In this document: positions 46,255-64,000 of the stretch, piece by piece
Layout of the letters: the number at the start of each line of letters is the position of its first letter
Numbering within the stretch: position 1 is the first letter of the stretch
Origin: the human T2T-CHM13v2.0 reference genome, Homo sapiens
Length of the DNA: 64,000 nucleotides
Assembly: GCF_009914755.1 (NCBI RefSeq)
Contig: NC_060931.1
Strand: one strand, 5' to 3'
Program-made: the position numbers and the translations under genes
The notes under the pieces: generated by a model
Seen by the model: the letters and a program-made list of their open reading frames with translations, nothing else
Told to the model about the DNA's origin: nothing
Database searches by the model: none

Positions 46255-48819
46255 TTAAAAATGTTGAGGATGTGCATAGATTTTCAAAATTAATTTAGAG
46301 GGTACTTGAGCAGAAAAGCTTGTGCACCATTAACTGACAGCAGTTTGCACTTTCGAATTACTTGTGAATCTTTTAAAAATGCTGATGCTCCTAGGTTATA
46401 AAATAATCTATTATTTTGGGCCTAGGCCCAAAGTACTAGACTATGATGAAGATCCCACAAAAGTGATTGTTTTTCTATAATTACATATACACATATATTT
46501 ATTCTGTAGTTACATGCATAGATAGAAAAAAGACTTGGAATCTAAAACAAAAGCAAAAAGATAAGGAAAATATTAATGAAAAATTGAAATGGAGGCTAGC
46601 CTTGATCCAGAAGGTCCACCTTCTCACCTTCAGGACACATGGCTTAATGAGCAGATGATGCTCTTTGACTGGGATACAGGACTTGATGGGTGGGACACAG
46701 GCTGAATTTCAGCTTTCACTCTTCAGTGGGATCTTCTAGTGCATGGTGCAACCTGCATAATTATATATAGCAGCCCTGCACCTTCTACATAATAATAGGC
46801 CTAGAAAGAGATTAGAAACAAAATAGAAACGAAAGGAAAAAATAGAGGAAAATTTATCTGAGCTAAAGAAAGGCTCAGTTGAAGTCATTAGTTTGAACAG
46901 CCTTGCTGATTGTCAAGAGAGTAAGTGCAAAAGTATCCATAATTAGTCTGCATTCAGATGCAGGAACCTGGTGCTAGAGAAGCTGCTCAGGCACAGGAAC
47001 TGGGCATTGAAGCTGTATATGCTGCTGGAGCCTGATGCTGGAGAAACCTGTATGGCAGGAATGAAGAGCTAGAGAAGCTGTGTATGCTGCAAGAGCATGC
47101 ACGGCAAGCATACCTGAACCAAGAAGCCAAACAAAAACAAAAAAAACCCAAAGACAAAAAACCCTTACTTGCTGCGATGACTCCTGCCCCCTCTTACTGA
47201 CACAGCTTAACATTGCACCAGCTGGTAAAGGAAAAATAAAGGGCCCAAATCCATTTTCAAAGAGGAGACAAAAAGAGTGAATTTAGAGGTGAGAGTCAAT
47301 AAATCCATAATTGGCTCGTTTACTTTTACCTTTTGATGTGATTTTAAAATCTGTTTTCTCAGCATTTCATTTATACTTAAACTGGTTAAATCTAGTATCT
47401 GAAGTTTTCTTTTGGTTAATCTGATGCCTATTATTGTTTCAAGTGGATTAATATTACTAGTAAGCTTTTGTGTTTCTATTTTCCATTCATACAGTGCAAT
47501 AACATTTTTTAAATTGCAAAAATGGATACCGAATTATAAAGACAGTAGTGCTTTTGAAACAAATGTTGGCTGGCATGTGAGGTAATCATAGTATAGTAAC
47601 AAACTAATGGTTTGTGACCTGATGAACATTCTGTATTTAACAAAGGAAAGGCTGAGAGCTCTAAGATACATAAGTGTGAGTTGTCTGACAGTTGAGTGAG
47701 GAGAGTTATTACCTGTAATAAACTTGATTTCAGTTATATCACTAAACTGCTCATGTTCCATATATTATTTTAAACAGAAAAGCACTCCAAAGTTGTATTC
47801 TGTGCTACAGCTATCTATATTGTGATTTGCCATATGACATATCTCTTATTAATATATGAAGAGAGCATTAAAACAGCCTTGCCTATTTATCAGATATGTT
47901 CTAGGTGTTAATTTATTTGTGAATTTTATGCGAACAGATATATATATGGAAATGAGTTTTTGAAAGTCCAGCATACAACTACAGCCATTAATCAAGGACA
48001 CATGTAGAAAATAATTCATATATATGCAGAGATGTTGGGAGAAGTTTTATTCCAAAGCTAACACAAAACAAGGTACACAAGTTTTTATAGAGGATATTAT
48101 CCATTGCGGTAATATTTGATGTATAATACTTCTGAATTTTTTAATAGTTTTAAGAGTTAACTATAGTCGTTGGGTTTTTTTTTTTTAAAGACAGGGTCCC
48201 ACAAATGTAATTTAAAAATATTTGTAGATCCTCTGGAGTATCTCTGAGGAAGAGAGTTTGAAAAATGCTTTACCATGGGACTTAGGGCATTGGTCAAAGA
48301 TACCTATTATGGGTATGAGAGGAGAGTTCTTATTAAGTAAGCAGATTTGGATTAGTTAATATTGGTTTGACCTGTCATCCTTAGTACAGTTTAAATTATT
48401 GTATTATACTGTGGCAAAAGCTGGATCTGATGCAAAGGAAAACATGAAAGAATTGAGACAGTATGGTATAGAGAGAACACTGACCTAGGACTGGGACTTG
48501 AGTTCTAATCCCAGTTCTACCACCGATTAATTGGTAGTTTTAGATCGGTCATTTAATTTCTCTAGCCTTTTATTTTTTTCTCATACAAAATGAGGGATTT
48601 AGATTCTGAAGGTATTTTTTTGATGCAAAATAGCAAACAGTTGATATTACAGAGTAATTTTTTAAAGACATGCACCCTCCCCCACATCCACATGTTATAG
48701 TTCATATTAAGCTACATTGTTGCCCAACAAAGATATTTTAAGAACTTGATATAATTAGATGATAATGATTATTTTAGTAAAATTAATTACATATAAATGA
48801 AGCCTTTGAGAGTGCTTAG

Positions 48820-49138
<319 letters not shown>

Positions 49139-49871
49139 TTAAATCTTTCTAATCCCTCTGTGAATATATTGTTATATTGTCTGAGGTTTGAAGAATGTGT
49201 GTACTAAGCAGTAAATCATTGCCAGATCATGTCCAAATTTAATGATCTTTGCATTAGGTAGAAAAGGGATAGTTCTTTGTTTTGAAATATATTCTGAAGG
49301 GTCATTTAATTTCTGAAAAGATTGATAATTCAAGCCTTCTGAGATATTCAGCAATTGAGGACTATTTTTATATGAGTGTCTCAGCAGATAGATTTTTTTG
49401 TTTTGGGGAGACACCAAATCATGTTAGCGAGCTTTTTAGTTTCATTTTTGTCTAGTGAGAATTTCCTATTTTATCAAACTTCTGTATAGGAATGTTTGTT
49501 TTATTTTGTTGCCATTCTTTTTTCCTAGTGGTCGCTCCATTCATTCTTGTGGAGTATGTTGTAGGTATGTGTTCCCAAAGTGTTTTGAATCCTTAGAGAT
49601 AATTACTACATGCTTATTTTCAGTTGCTTGGTAGTGATAAGTTGACTGAGTTTTGCTTTGAGTGATGGTAACTAACGATACTACAATGGTCTGCTATTTG
49701 CTAGGCCATTGACATTCTGTAATTTTCAACCTGTATTTGTACCCACCTCTCTTTCTTCTGGTATATTTTAAAGTAAATATAAGTTATGTTATTTTATTTC
49801 TAAATACTTCAGTATACATGAAGAAGAGGACATTTTATTAGTTATTTTTTATTTCATTTTATTTAAAATCT

Positions 49872-50003
49872 TTTTTTTTTTTTTGGTAGAGTTGGGGTCT
49901 CGCTATGTTGCCCAAGCTAGTCTCAAACTCCTGGGCTCAAGCACTCCTTCACCTCAGCCTCCCAGAGTTCTGGAATTACAGGCATGAGCCGCTGCACCTG
50001 GCC
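49872..50003 (-). mobile_element. FLAM / Alu left monomer
   Basis: GGGGTCTCGCTATGTTGCCCAAGCTAGTCTCAAACTCCTGGGCTCAAG. Confidence 0.85.
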
Positions 50004-50004
50004 T

Positions 50005-50535
50005 TCGTTATCTATTAATCCATAACAAATTGCTACAAACTTAGCAGCTTAAAACAATACACAATTTATTTTCTCAATGAGGGTCCAGTGTTTAGACATA
50101 GATTTGAGAGGTCTTCTGCTCCAGGTCTCTAAGGCTACAGTCAAGATGTTGGCTGGGGCTGTGGTTTCACCTAAAGGCTTGAGTGGGGAAAGATCTGCCT
50201 CTAAGCTTATTTGATTGTTGGCAGGATTCAGTTTCTTGCAAGTTGTTGCCCAGAGGTTGTCCTCAGTTTATTGCCACGTGGGCATCTCTAATGTGGTGTT
50301 TTGCTTCATCAATGCCAACAAGGGAAAGTCTGCTAGTGAAGTGGAAGTCACAGTTTTATGTAGCCTAGGCCCTGAAATGATGTCCCATCACCTTTGCCAT
50401 ATTCTCTTCATTAAAAACAAGTCACTAGGCCAACCTACACTCAATGAGATGAAATTACAATGAGATGGAATTACTCAATGGTGTGAATTCTCAGTGGTGG
50501 GGATCATTTGAGGCCATCTTTGAACTGCCCTGCCA
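50005..50535 (-). mobile_element. MLT1-type MaLR LTR
   Basis: GTTATCTATT..CATAACAAATT..AAACTTAGCAGCTTAAAACAA..GGCTACAGTCAAGATGTTGGCTGGGGCTG is reversed MLT1. Confidence 0.7.
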
Positions 50536-50600
50536 GAGACATTTTCTTTTATGGCCACAATGTCATTATTTTACTTAACAGATTTAGCAGTAATTCTTTA

Positions 50601-50999
<399 letters not shown>

Positions 51000-51114
51000 C
51001 TATTCTAGATATGTTCAGTTGTTTCTATGGTGGCATTTGACTAATTCCTCTATTTGTCATGCTTTATATATACTGGGAGTTAAACAGAAAGCCTTATTTA
51101 GATTTTGGATCAGA

Positions 51115-51366
51115 TTTTTTTTGAGACAGGGTCTTGCTCTGTTGCCCAGGCTGGAGTGCAGTGGCACAATCATGGCTCACTGTAGCCTTGAACCTCCTGG
51201 GCTCAAGTGGTCCTCCCACCTCAGCCTCCCAAGTAACTGGAACTACAGGTGTGTGCCACCATGCCTGGCTCATTTTTAAATTTTTTTTTTAGAGTCAAGG
51301 TCTCATTGTGTTGCCTAGGCTGGTCTTAAACTCCTGGCCTCAAGCAATCCTCCCACATTGGCCTCC
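51115..51366 (-). mobile_element. AluJ, truncated
   Basis: GAGACAGGGTCTTGCTCTGTTG..GGGCTCAAGTGGTCCTCCCACC. Confidence 0.85.
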
Positions 51367-52619
51367 ATCAGTTTTTTAGAAAGACCACTCCCTAGGTGGT
51401 GCCATATACTTTGTATTTTATCACTTCAGGAGGCACAAAATGTGGTGGTGACAACTTTTTTGTAAAGCCATCCACTTTTCATTAATAGTGTTAATATCCA
51501 AAGATAACTCATTGTTAGAATAAACTATTTCAGTAGAAGTATCAAAATTGGATTTCTCTCATCTTACCATTCCTTTCACATTTACTAGCTGTAATTTTCC
51601 TGGATAAAATTTTCCCTTGTCTATTTGAGCTTTTTGGTTACTCTGAAATACAGTTCTACTGGAAAAGCAAGACAAATGCTTAATTCTTTCCTTTTAATCA
51701 CTAGTTTTCAGCATAGTGAGTTGTTATATACCTCCAGGTGTCTAATTAATTTTTTCTTTTTTAAAAACGAAAAGCATTTATGAACATTAGTCTCTTTATT
51801 CATTGTGTTTTAAATGACTTCAGTAGTCATTATTTGTGATGCCAGATGGTTCCATCTTAGGCCAGTGGGAGTCCCTTCAGGCTCTCTCCTGTGTTCCTTT
51901 GACATGACCCCATTCTTTATTTTCTTGCTTTTTGGCATAGGAAAATGACTTTATATAACATGCTTTAGTCGAAGAATGATGTTCAGAGTGCATAATTGGA
52001 AAATGGAGATACTTAATGTTACCAGATTGTCATTTCTTTTAGATCCTTCTAGGTGATAGAGCTAGGAAATAAATTTTTTTAAGAGAAAAAATATCTTGAA
52101 TTTATACTGCTATTTCCAGTTCAAATTTGATTTGTGAGGTTGTAACTTCTTTCATTTTACACTTTTTTTTTTAAGTTGAAAATGTTTCCCAGTATTAACA
52201 TTAATATAATTGCTTTGGGCCCTATCTATGTGTGTGTGGTGCACATAAATATGTTTAAAACATAAATTTAAAGTAATATCAGTGTTATTACTGGGTGAAG
52301 TTTAACATTTCTTTGTAGATTCTTTTTGCCGTTAGACTGTTTTCTACTGAAGATAGTAAAAATGCTGTGTCCTAAGGTCAGTTGGAATAATTCTTTTTAT
52401 TATTTTCTGTGGGTTATGTCACCAACTTGATACACAGGTTCATTTGTTTTAGTTTATTTTCAGCTTTTAGTGATTCCTGTTTTTGTTTCTGCATGTAAAA
52501 CATTTGCATGGTTTCAGATTTTAAACTATGCAGCTTCCACCTCTGTCCCTTCAACACTTTTTATTCCCTTTACAATGGGCTAGTTCTTCCGCTGCAAATA
52601 CAAACATCTACATGTGTAT

Positions 52620-54245
52620 CCATTCATTTAGATGTGCCACAATTTGTTGAACCATTCAGCAGTTGATGAACATCTAGATTGTTTCCATTTTGGGGTTATT
52701 AGAAATGAAGCTACTATAAACATTGGAGTACAGGTTTTTGTTTGAACATAGGTTTTTGTTTCCCTAGGAAAAATGCCGAAGAGTCCAATTGCTGGATTGT
52801 AGTGGTTAGTTTTGTAAGAAACCTTCATACCCTTTTCTAAAATGGGTTACCATTTTACATTCCCATCAACAATGTATGAGGGATCCAGTTTCTCTGAATC
52901 CTTGTGAGCATTTGGTGTCATCACTGTTTTATCTTTTAGCTATTATGATAGGCATATAGTGATATCTGATTTTTTTTTATTCCTCTAATGGCTAGTAATG
53001 TTGCACATCTCGTGTTTATTTGCTATCTGTATAACTGCTTACTGGAATGTATTCATGTCTTACCTATTTTCTGATTGGATTGTTTGCCTTTTACCTGATG
53101 GATGTCAAGAGTACTTTGTATGTTTTAGGTGTATGTTTTAGGTGTGTGTTTAGGTGTATGTTTTAGGTCTTTTGTTGCGTATGTAGTTCGGAAATACGTT
53201 CTCCCAGTCTTTAGCTTACCTTTTCAACCACTTAAAAGTCTTTCTCAAAATAAAAGTTTTTAATTTTGCTGAAGTCCAGTTTTTCAATTTTTCCTTTTAT
53301 ACATTTTGCTTTTTGTATAAGATCTCCTTGCCTAGTCCTAGACCGTGAAGATTTTGTCTTATGTTTATATTTTTTTAAAGTTTCATAGTTTTATATTTTA
53401 CATTTTCATTCATGATTCATTAATTTTTTTAATGAAGTATGAGTTTTAGGTCAATTTTTTTTTTTTGGCTTATAGTTGTCCAGTTGCTCTAGCACTGTTT
53501 GTTGAAAAGGCTATTCTTCCTTTGTTGAATTGCTTTTGTACCTTTGTAAAAAAAAAAAAAAAAAAAAAACCAGTTGGGCATATATGTGTGGGTCTTTTGG
53601 GGGCCTTTTATTCTGTCCTAATGATATGTGTCTGTCCATCTGCTAGTATTATACTTTATTGATTATGCAGTTTTATAATGGAGCAAGCTTTAATATTGTA
53701 TAGAGTGATCGCTCTCATTTTATTCTCATTTAAATAATTATTTTGGCTATTCTAGGTCTTGTGTTTTATGTGTAAATTTCAGAGTAAACTTGTCTATGTC
53801 TAAAAGAAATCTTGCTGGGATTTTGATAGGAATTACATTAAATTTGTAGGTCATTTTGGGAGAATTGCCATCATTGCTATGTCGAGTCTTCCAGTCCACG
53901 AGCACAATATGTCTTCCATTTATTTAGGTCTTCTTCAATTTCTTTTATCAGCATTTTGTAGTTTTCAGGATACAGAGCATCCTGTACATGTTTTGTTAAA
54001 AATATTCTTCCTTCATTTCCTTTAAAGCAACTGTAAATTGTTTTGTGCTTTTAATCTTGGGTTTCACATGTTTAGTGTTAGTATATAGAAATGCATTTGA
54101 TTGTTGATCTTATATCCTGCAACGTTGCTGAACTCATTAGTCCTAGGATTTTTTTTTGTGGGGGGGGGCGTAAATCTTGTGGGATTTTTCACGTAGGCAA
54201 ATTATGTCATCTGAAAATAGGGATGGTTTCATTTCTTCCCTTCTG
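52620..54245 (-). mobile_element. L1M ORF2 3' region, antisense
   Basis: The minus ORF 52628-52828 (YNPAIGLFGIFPRETKTYVQTKTCTPMFIVASFLITPKWKQ) is L1 ORF2 C-terminal sequence. Confidence 0.8.
53117..53167. repeat. 13-bp minisatellite, 4 copies
   Basis: TGTATGTTTTAGG x2, TGTGTGTTTAGG, TGTATGTTTTAGG. Confidence 0.85.
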
Positions 54246-55701
54246 AAGGTTGCATCATTGTTTAGTTGAATGTGTCAAGTTTTATTTTTTTCTGGATTTT
54301 TGAATTAGGGAGTGTCTTCTCAGTGACAGGATGTAAAGGATTTAACTGTGTTTTCTTCTGTTACTTGTATGTTTTTATATTTAGTTTTCTGATTCATTTG
54401 GAATTTAACCTGGTGGATGATGTGAGGCACAAATCTAATTTTATTTCTAAATGGCTGTACATCATTTATATCTATCGAAACATTTAAATACATCATTTAT
54501 TATAAAGCTCATATTTCCCCCAACCCCAATGATTTATGATGCTATCTTGATCATTTATTAAATTTTATGTGCTTTGTTCTATTTATTTTTATTTTTAAAT
54601 TTTTTGGTAGAGACAGGGTCTCACTATCTTGACCAGGCTTGTCTTGAACTCCTGGCCTTAAGTAATCCTACTGCGTGGCCTCCCAAAGTGCTGGGATTAC
54701 AAGTGCGAACCACTGCAGTCAGCCCACTCTTTTATTTCACTGTTTTGTATTCTGTTCCTGATTGTGTATTCATGTATAAATATCTTGCTGCTTTAATTAC
54801 AGAGACTTCATAATATGCTTTAACATCTGACAGGGTCTAGTCTTCTCTCCTTGCTCTTCTACTCTTTTTCAGGGTTTCTTTGGCTGTTTTTATCCTTTTA
54901 ATTTTTAATGTGAAATTTATTATTTGTGTGAACTGTATCAGCCTTATTTGTTGTATGGTCATAGGGAAACCTGTTTTTATTTTTGGGTCTAATTAAATTT
55001 ATAAGTTAACATAGAATTGTATTTTTATGATGAGTCTTTTTATGCAGGAACATGGCATGTCTTTGCATTTTTTCCAGGTTTACTTATACATACATATATA
55101 TATGTATATATCAGGACTGTTTAAAACAATTTTCTCATAGGTTTTGCACATTTTTCTAAGCTTATGGCTAATACTGTATTTTATTGTTGTAATTAGAGGT
55201 CTTCTCTTGCATTATATCTTCTAACTGCTTTTCGCTTTTATGTTTGAAGGCTCTGATTTCTTTAACTTGATACTATATATATATATATGCTTTAAGTTCT
55301 GGGGTTTTTTGTTTTTTTTTTTTAAACAGGTCTCTTTGGTCCAGGCTGGAGTATAGTGGTGTGATCATAGCTCACTGGAACCTCAAACTCCTGGGCTCAA
55401 GTGATCCTCCTGTCTCAGCCTCCCAAAGTGCTGGAATTATAGGTGTGAGCCACCACACCCAGCCTTGATATTTTTTTCTAACTAAATTCTTCTATTCTAA
55501 ATAGTATTTTTCCCATTGATTCTTTTGGCATCTTCTAGTTGTATAATTTTTTCATCTACAAACACTCTAATTTGTATGCTTTGTAATTACTTTTTCTATC
55601 TCTTAAATTTTAGACTTTATCCTTTAGAACAGTTTTAGATTTACTAAAATATCGAGCATGTAATACAGAGAGTTTGTATATACCTCCCAATAGTTCCCCT
55701 A

Positions 55702-56672
55702 TTTTTTTTTTTTTTTTTTTTGAGGAAGGGAAGAAAAGGAAAGGAGCAAAGTACAACTTGGAAGAGGGCCAAGCAAGCGACTTGAGAAACCGGCAGCTTG
55801 ACCTCTTGACTTGGGATTTTATACGCTGGCATACTTTGGGATCTTGCATTACTTCTCCTCACTCCTGAGATCTTATTGAGAAGCTGCTGATGAGTTTCAG
55901 GTGTTTTATATCTATTAGCCTGCCTTTCCCTAGCTCCGGCTGCAACCAGTTATTACTTTAGAGAAACAGTTAACTGCCTGACCATCACCTGATGGTCGCC
56001 TAACACTCCTGGTGTGCATGTGGGGTGGAGCCCCCTACTGCCCTGCTCATACCTGACTAGCTACCCACTGTAACATTTCCCCCCCCAAGAGTCCAAGACC
56101 CCAAATCTTTGGGGTTAAATGGACGAAGGTCAGTCTTCTGTAACTGCTTCCTGCTGACAGAGGGGCAGTGGTGGTTCTATGGGTCTTGGCCTCTTGCTAG
56201 CTGTCATTGCTGAGTTGGCTCCATGAGTTGTTGAAAGCGATATCCGGCCAGGCCCAAGGGAGACAGGGGCAGGATTTCGCCTCTGTCGTGTCCCACTGAT
56301 GGGCAGTCTAGAGGTCCCCTGTAGAAGGGTGATTCTTGAATATTGAAAGGACAGTATTCTTCATCGAGGATTACCTGGAGCTTAATGGCCACTAGGGAAT
56401 GTATCCAAATCGTGTGCGCCAAATATGTTGCCGGTGGCAGATACCCAAGTTACCCCGATTCCGTATGGGTCTGCCACAACTTCAGTTCTTGCCTCCTCAG
56501 GAGAATTCGAATGAGGGGCATAAGGCAGAAGGAGGGAGAGACTGAGGCAGGTTTCAGAGCAGGAGTGCAAGTTTGTTAAAAAGCTTTAGAACAGTAAGGA
56601 AAGGAAGGAAAGGAAAGAAGGAAAGTACACCTTGGAAGAGGACCAAGTGAGTGACTTGAGAAACCAAGTGCC
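55702..56672 (-). pseudogene. L1-mobilised processed copy of a spliced ERV1 RNA (LTR9/MER61/MER50-like, HUERS-P3-related)
   Basis: Minus-strand order: R-U5 (56672-56426), PBS/leader, junction to env tail (56390/56389), PPT (56090-56076), U3-R (56075-55722), A20 tail (55721-55702). Flanking repeat AGTT(C/A)CCCTATT. Confidence 0.8.
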
Positions 56673-61200
<4,528 letters not shown>

Positions 61201-61798
61201 CATTCCAGTTTTTTGTTTCTTTTTTCTGGCTTTCTTTTTTTTTTTTTGGTTCCCTTCAATCCAGTTCCTTTAACACTTAAATCTCTCTGAGGAAGTTAAC
61301 TAAGAACTTTTTCTAACTTTCTTTCCTCACTCTCCCAACATCTGATCTTAAGTGATGATCTTTTCCTTTCATTTTATACTTGTGAGGCAGTCAGTAAGTA
61401 TATTCCAAATTCCACTTATTCTCCATTCTTCTCTCATTTTTTTTTGGTTAGCTCTATCTTTTCTACATTGTTGCACCACACATTTATATTCTGTTATGTA
61501 TGACATTCTTATCTTCATGGTTAGTTTTAGTTCGGTGGTTAAATATTTTTATTTCATGTAACCAGATTTTATGCTGAAGCTTCTCAAATCATTTCTTCAG
61601 TATGTATAGTTTATTCATTAGTAGTTTTCTCAGAAAGAATGGCTCAAGGAACGCTTTGTTAACTATGCCTTTAAACTTGAAAGATAGTTTGATTATATAT
61701 ACAGTCCTAGGCTCACATTTTTTGTACTTGATTTTCTTAAAATTTTTTATTTTATTTTGAGTATAAAATACCTGTTTATTGTATTTGGGTATGAAATA

Positions 61799-61999
61799 CA
61801 GTCACGTGTTGCTTAACGACTGGGATGTGTTCTGAGAAGTGTCTCTTTAGGTGGTTTCGTCATTAGTGAACTATGGAGTGTACTTACACAAACTTAAATA
61901 GTATAGCGTACTCCATTATATAGCTCTATTATAATCTCATGGGGCCAGCATCTTACATGTGGTCTGTTATTGACAGAAACATAATGCGGTTCATGACTG
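61799..61999 (-). mobile_element. Tigger3a/MER7-type DNA transposon, internally deleted
   Basis: TIR-like CAGTCACGTGTTGCTTAACGAC / ATAATGCGGTTCATGACTG. Confidence 0.75.
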
Positions 62000-63409
62000 T
62001 TGTAGCTGTTGTAAGGTTTTTTTGACAATAAACTTTTCTTAATTTTATGAGTGACTTGATATTTCTATCTGGAAGCTCAAGGAAGTTTTTAAAAAAAGTC
62101 TTCAAAGTCTGCATAGTTTGTACTAGGAATATTGAGTTGAATTTCCCTAGCATACCGTGTATTCTTTGAGTGTGTAGATTCAACTTTTATTTTAGAAAGA
62201 TTTGCTTGAAGCACAGTTTGATGTATCTGTCTAGTTCCAATTATATATTTTTTTGTCGAGTCCAATTATGTTACGTTATAGACAGTTGCTGTCTTTTGTA
62301 TCTGTTTCATTATTTTCATCACTTTCCAACCTCTTTTCCCTTACTGGGCTATTTTAGCGGTATCTTTTTTGGGAGGAACTTTTAAAATTTAGTCTGTGTT
62401 TTTGAAAGATACTCTAGACAGATATTTCAAACTGTGTATTTTTTGGGGGAGGATTTTTAAAAATTTAGTCCTTGTTTCTGAAAAAAAAACTCTTCTCACT
62501 TATATGTAAGTCTTATCAGCTCTTCCTGTCATTCTGGCCATACTATTTTTGAGCTGTTTTAATTTTGAATTATTGCTTCTTAATAAAAGTAATGATAATA
62601 AAAATATAAACTATTTTCTTAATTTCATTTAGGTCATTTTGAAATAATTAACAATTTTCATCTTCGTGGCCACATTTTTCTCAAGTATTTTTATCTATTA
62701 CAACATCTTAGAGTGGATTTTTATTTTATTTTCTATTGTTTAAACAAGTTGGTTTTCCTGTAGTTTTAGAAGGAAGAACTTCTGTAGGAGGAGGGGATAG
62801 ACCAGTGCAGTTTTTGAGCTGTGTGGCTCCAGGCCGCATTTGTGAATTTTTTTTTTAATTGCACTTTTGAGATGTAGTAAAGCTTTTCACCTTTATGTTT
62901 TCCAGGTATTTTGCTTTCTGAATAGACCCCTTTAAATGTATTTTACTGTTGTGGAACTTTCTGAGATCTGTGTCACTTGGACCTCCTGCCCACCTAGAAT
63001 GTGAATCTTATCTCTCCTGGAGGGTTCTCATTCTTTTTGCTTTGCTTAGGTCTATTTCTGTTTCTTGCAATTTCTCCAGAATGGGTCTCTGTTTTCATGA
63101 AAGTAAGAGAGTATTTGTTGGTAGGATACTTCTACAGTCCTCTTAGAGTGTAGAATCTGCCTCTCTCAGTTTTCCAGTTATCTCTGCATTTACCTATATC
63201 TTGGAGCCTGAGAAGGATGTGTTATCTAACTTTACTTAGTTCTCAGATTTTCTTTCCCATCACCAGCATTTGAACTTGTTTGTTCCTTTGTGAAGAATAG
63301 ACTTTTTCTTTATTTTTACATGAGTGGTTCCTTCTGATTAGCATAATTAAAATATTTTCAGAGAGGTGATTTTTTTCTTTTTTTGTACCATCCCTGGGAA
63401 AAAAAAAAA

Positions 63410-63628
63410 ACTGTCCTGCCGTGTCACCACCCCGTTTATTTCTTTTGTAGCACTTATCACAGTCTGTAATTACCATGTTTACAATTCTACTTGTTTATTT
63501 TCTGCTGCTTGTCATTTGAATGTTAGCCTCACAACTGGAGATCCTATCTCATATACCATGGTGTTCCCAGAGCCTATCACATTGTCTAGCACAAGACTAG
63601 GACTCAGTAAATATTTGTTTGATAAGTA
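63410..63628 (+). mobile_element. L2 3' fragment
   Basis: TAGCACTTATCAC..CCCAGAGCCTATCACATTGTCTAGCAC..CTCAGTAAATATTTGTT. Confidence 0.65.
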
Positions 63629-64000
63629 ACTCCAACAAATAGTAAAATCCCCTTCTTACTATGCTGTTGTCTTAAAATTGGGAAATACTTGTGAGTCTAA
63701 ACCTCTGCAGTATATGTAAGTCTAAGTGATTTGGGAGAAAGCTATCATTTTTATAGTATACTCTTTATAGCTGGAGATATTAAAAATTGATTTAAGAGTT
63801 GATCCTTACTGCATTTTGAATTATAGTCTTTTAAGAAAAAAACGTTTGTTTATTTATTTACATGTACTTATCCTTTCAAAATACAATGTTCTTAGATTTT
63901 AAATCAGAAAGCCTTGAAAAATTATCAGCATTCCCCCTTCCCACACATTTGTAGCTATAATCAAAAACTTTCTAGACTTCCTGTGTGTGTAGATAAAGAT

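Noticed and set aside
56402-56422. tRNA-His-type PBS for the processed ERV copy
   Set aside because: ATCCAAATCGTGTGCGCCA only loosely resembles ATCCGAGTCACGGCACCA; too degenerate to call.
56204-56422. 72-aa ORF as an expressed Rec/Np9-like protein
   Set aside because: It begins at a non-ATG codon in the PBS region and has no upstream U3 promoter; used only as evidence of env-tail origin.

Overview
Human genomic DNA, indicated by Alu, L1PA, THE1 and Tigger repeats and a human-specific AluYb8. The window spans the CpG-island promoter and first coding exon of MKLN1 (muskelin; ATG at 27545, + strand, donor GTAAGT at 27643) plus about 36 kb of intron 1; exon 2 is not in the window. Upstream (1-27 kb) is a nest of retroelements: a complete THE1D MaLR provirus, and a minus-strand MER4-group (MER65-like) ERV1 stretched to 15.6 kb. 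That ERV retains both LTRs, a tRNA-Ser primer site and a PPT, and contains a full-length L1PA7/8, a solo THE1D carrying an AluYb8, several Alus and an embedded tRNA-Glu copy. This side is also where the divergent lncRNA MKLN1-AS should run. Intron 1 holds antisense old L1M fragments, Alus, MIR/L2 and Tigger/MER1 transposons. Its most unusual object is a ~1 kb L1-mobilised processed copy of a spliced ERV1 RNA (R-U5-leader|env tail-PPT-U3-R-polyA with target-site duplication). No new protein-coding system is supported, and almost all ORF-track entries are repeat-derived or spurious. Repeat subfamily names come from remembered consensus sequences and need RepeatMasker/Dfam confirmation; many boundaries are approximate.
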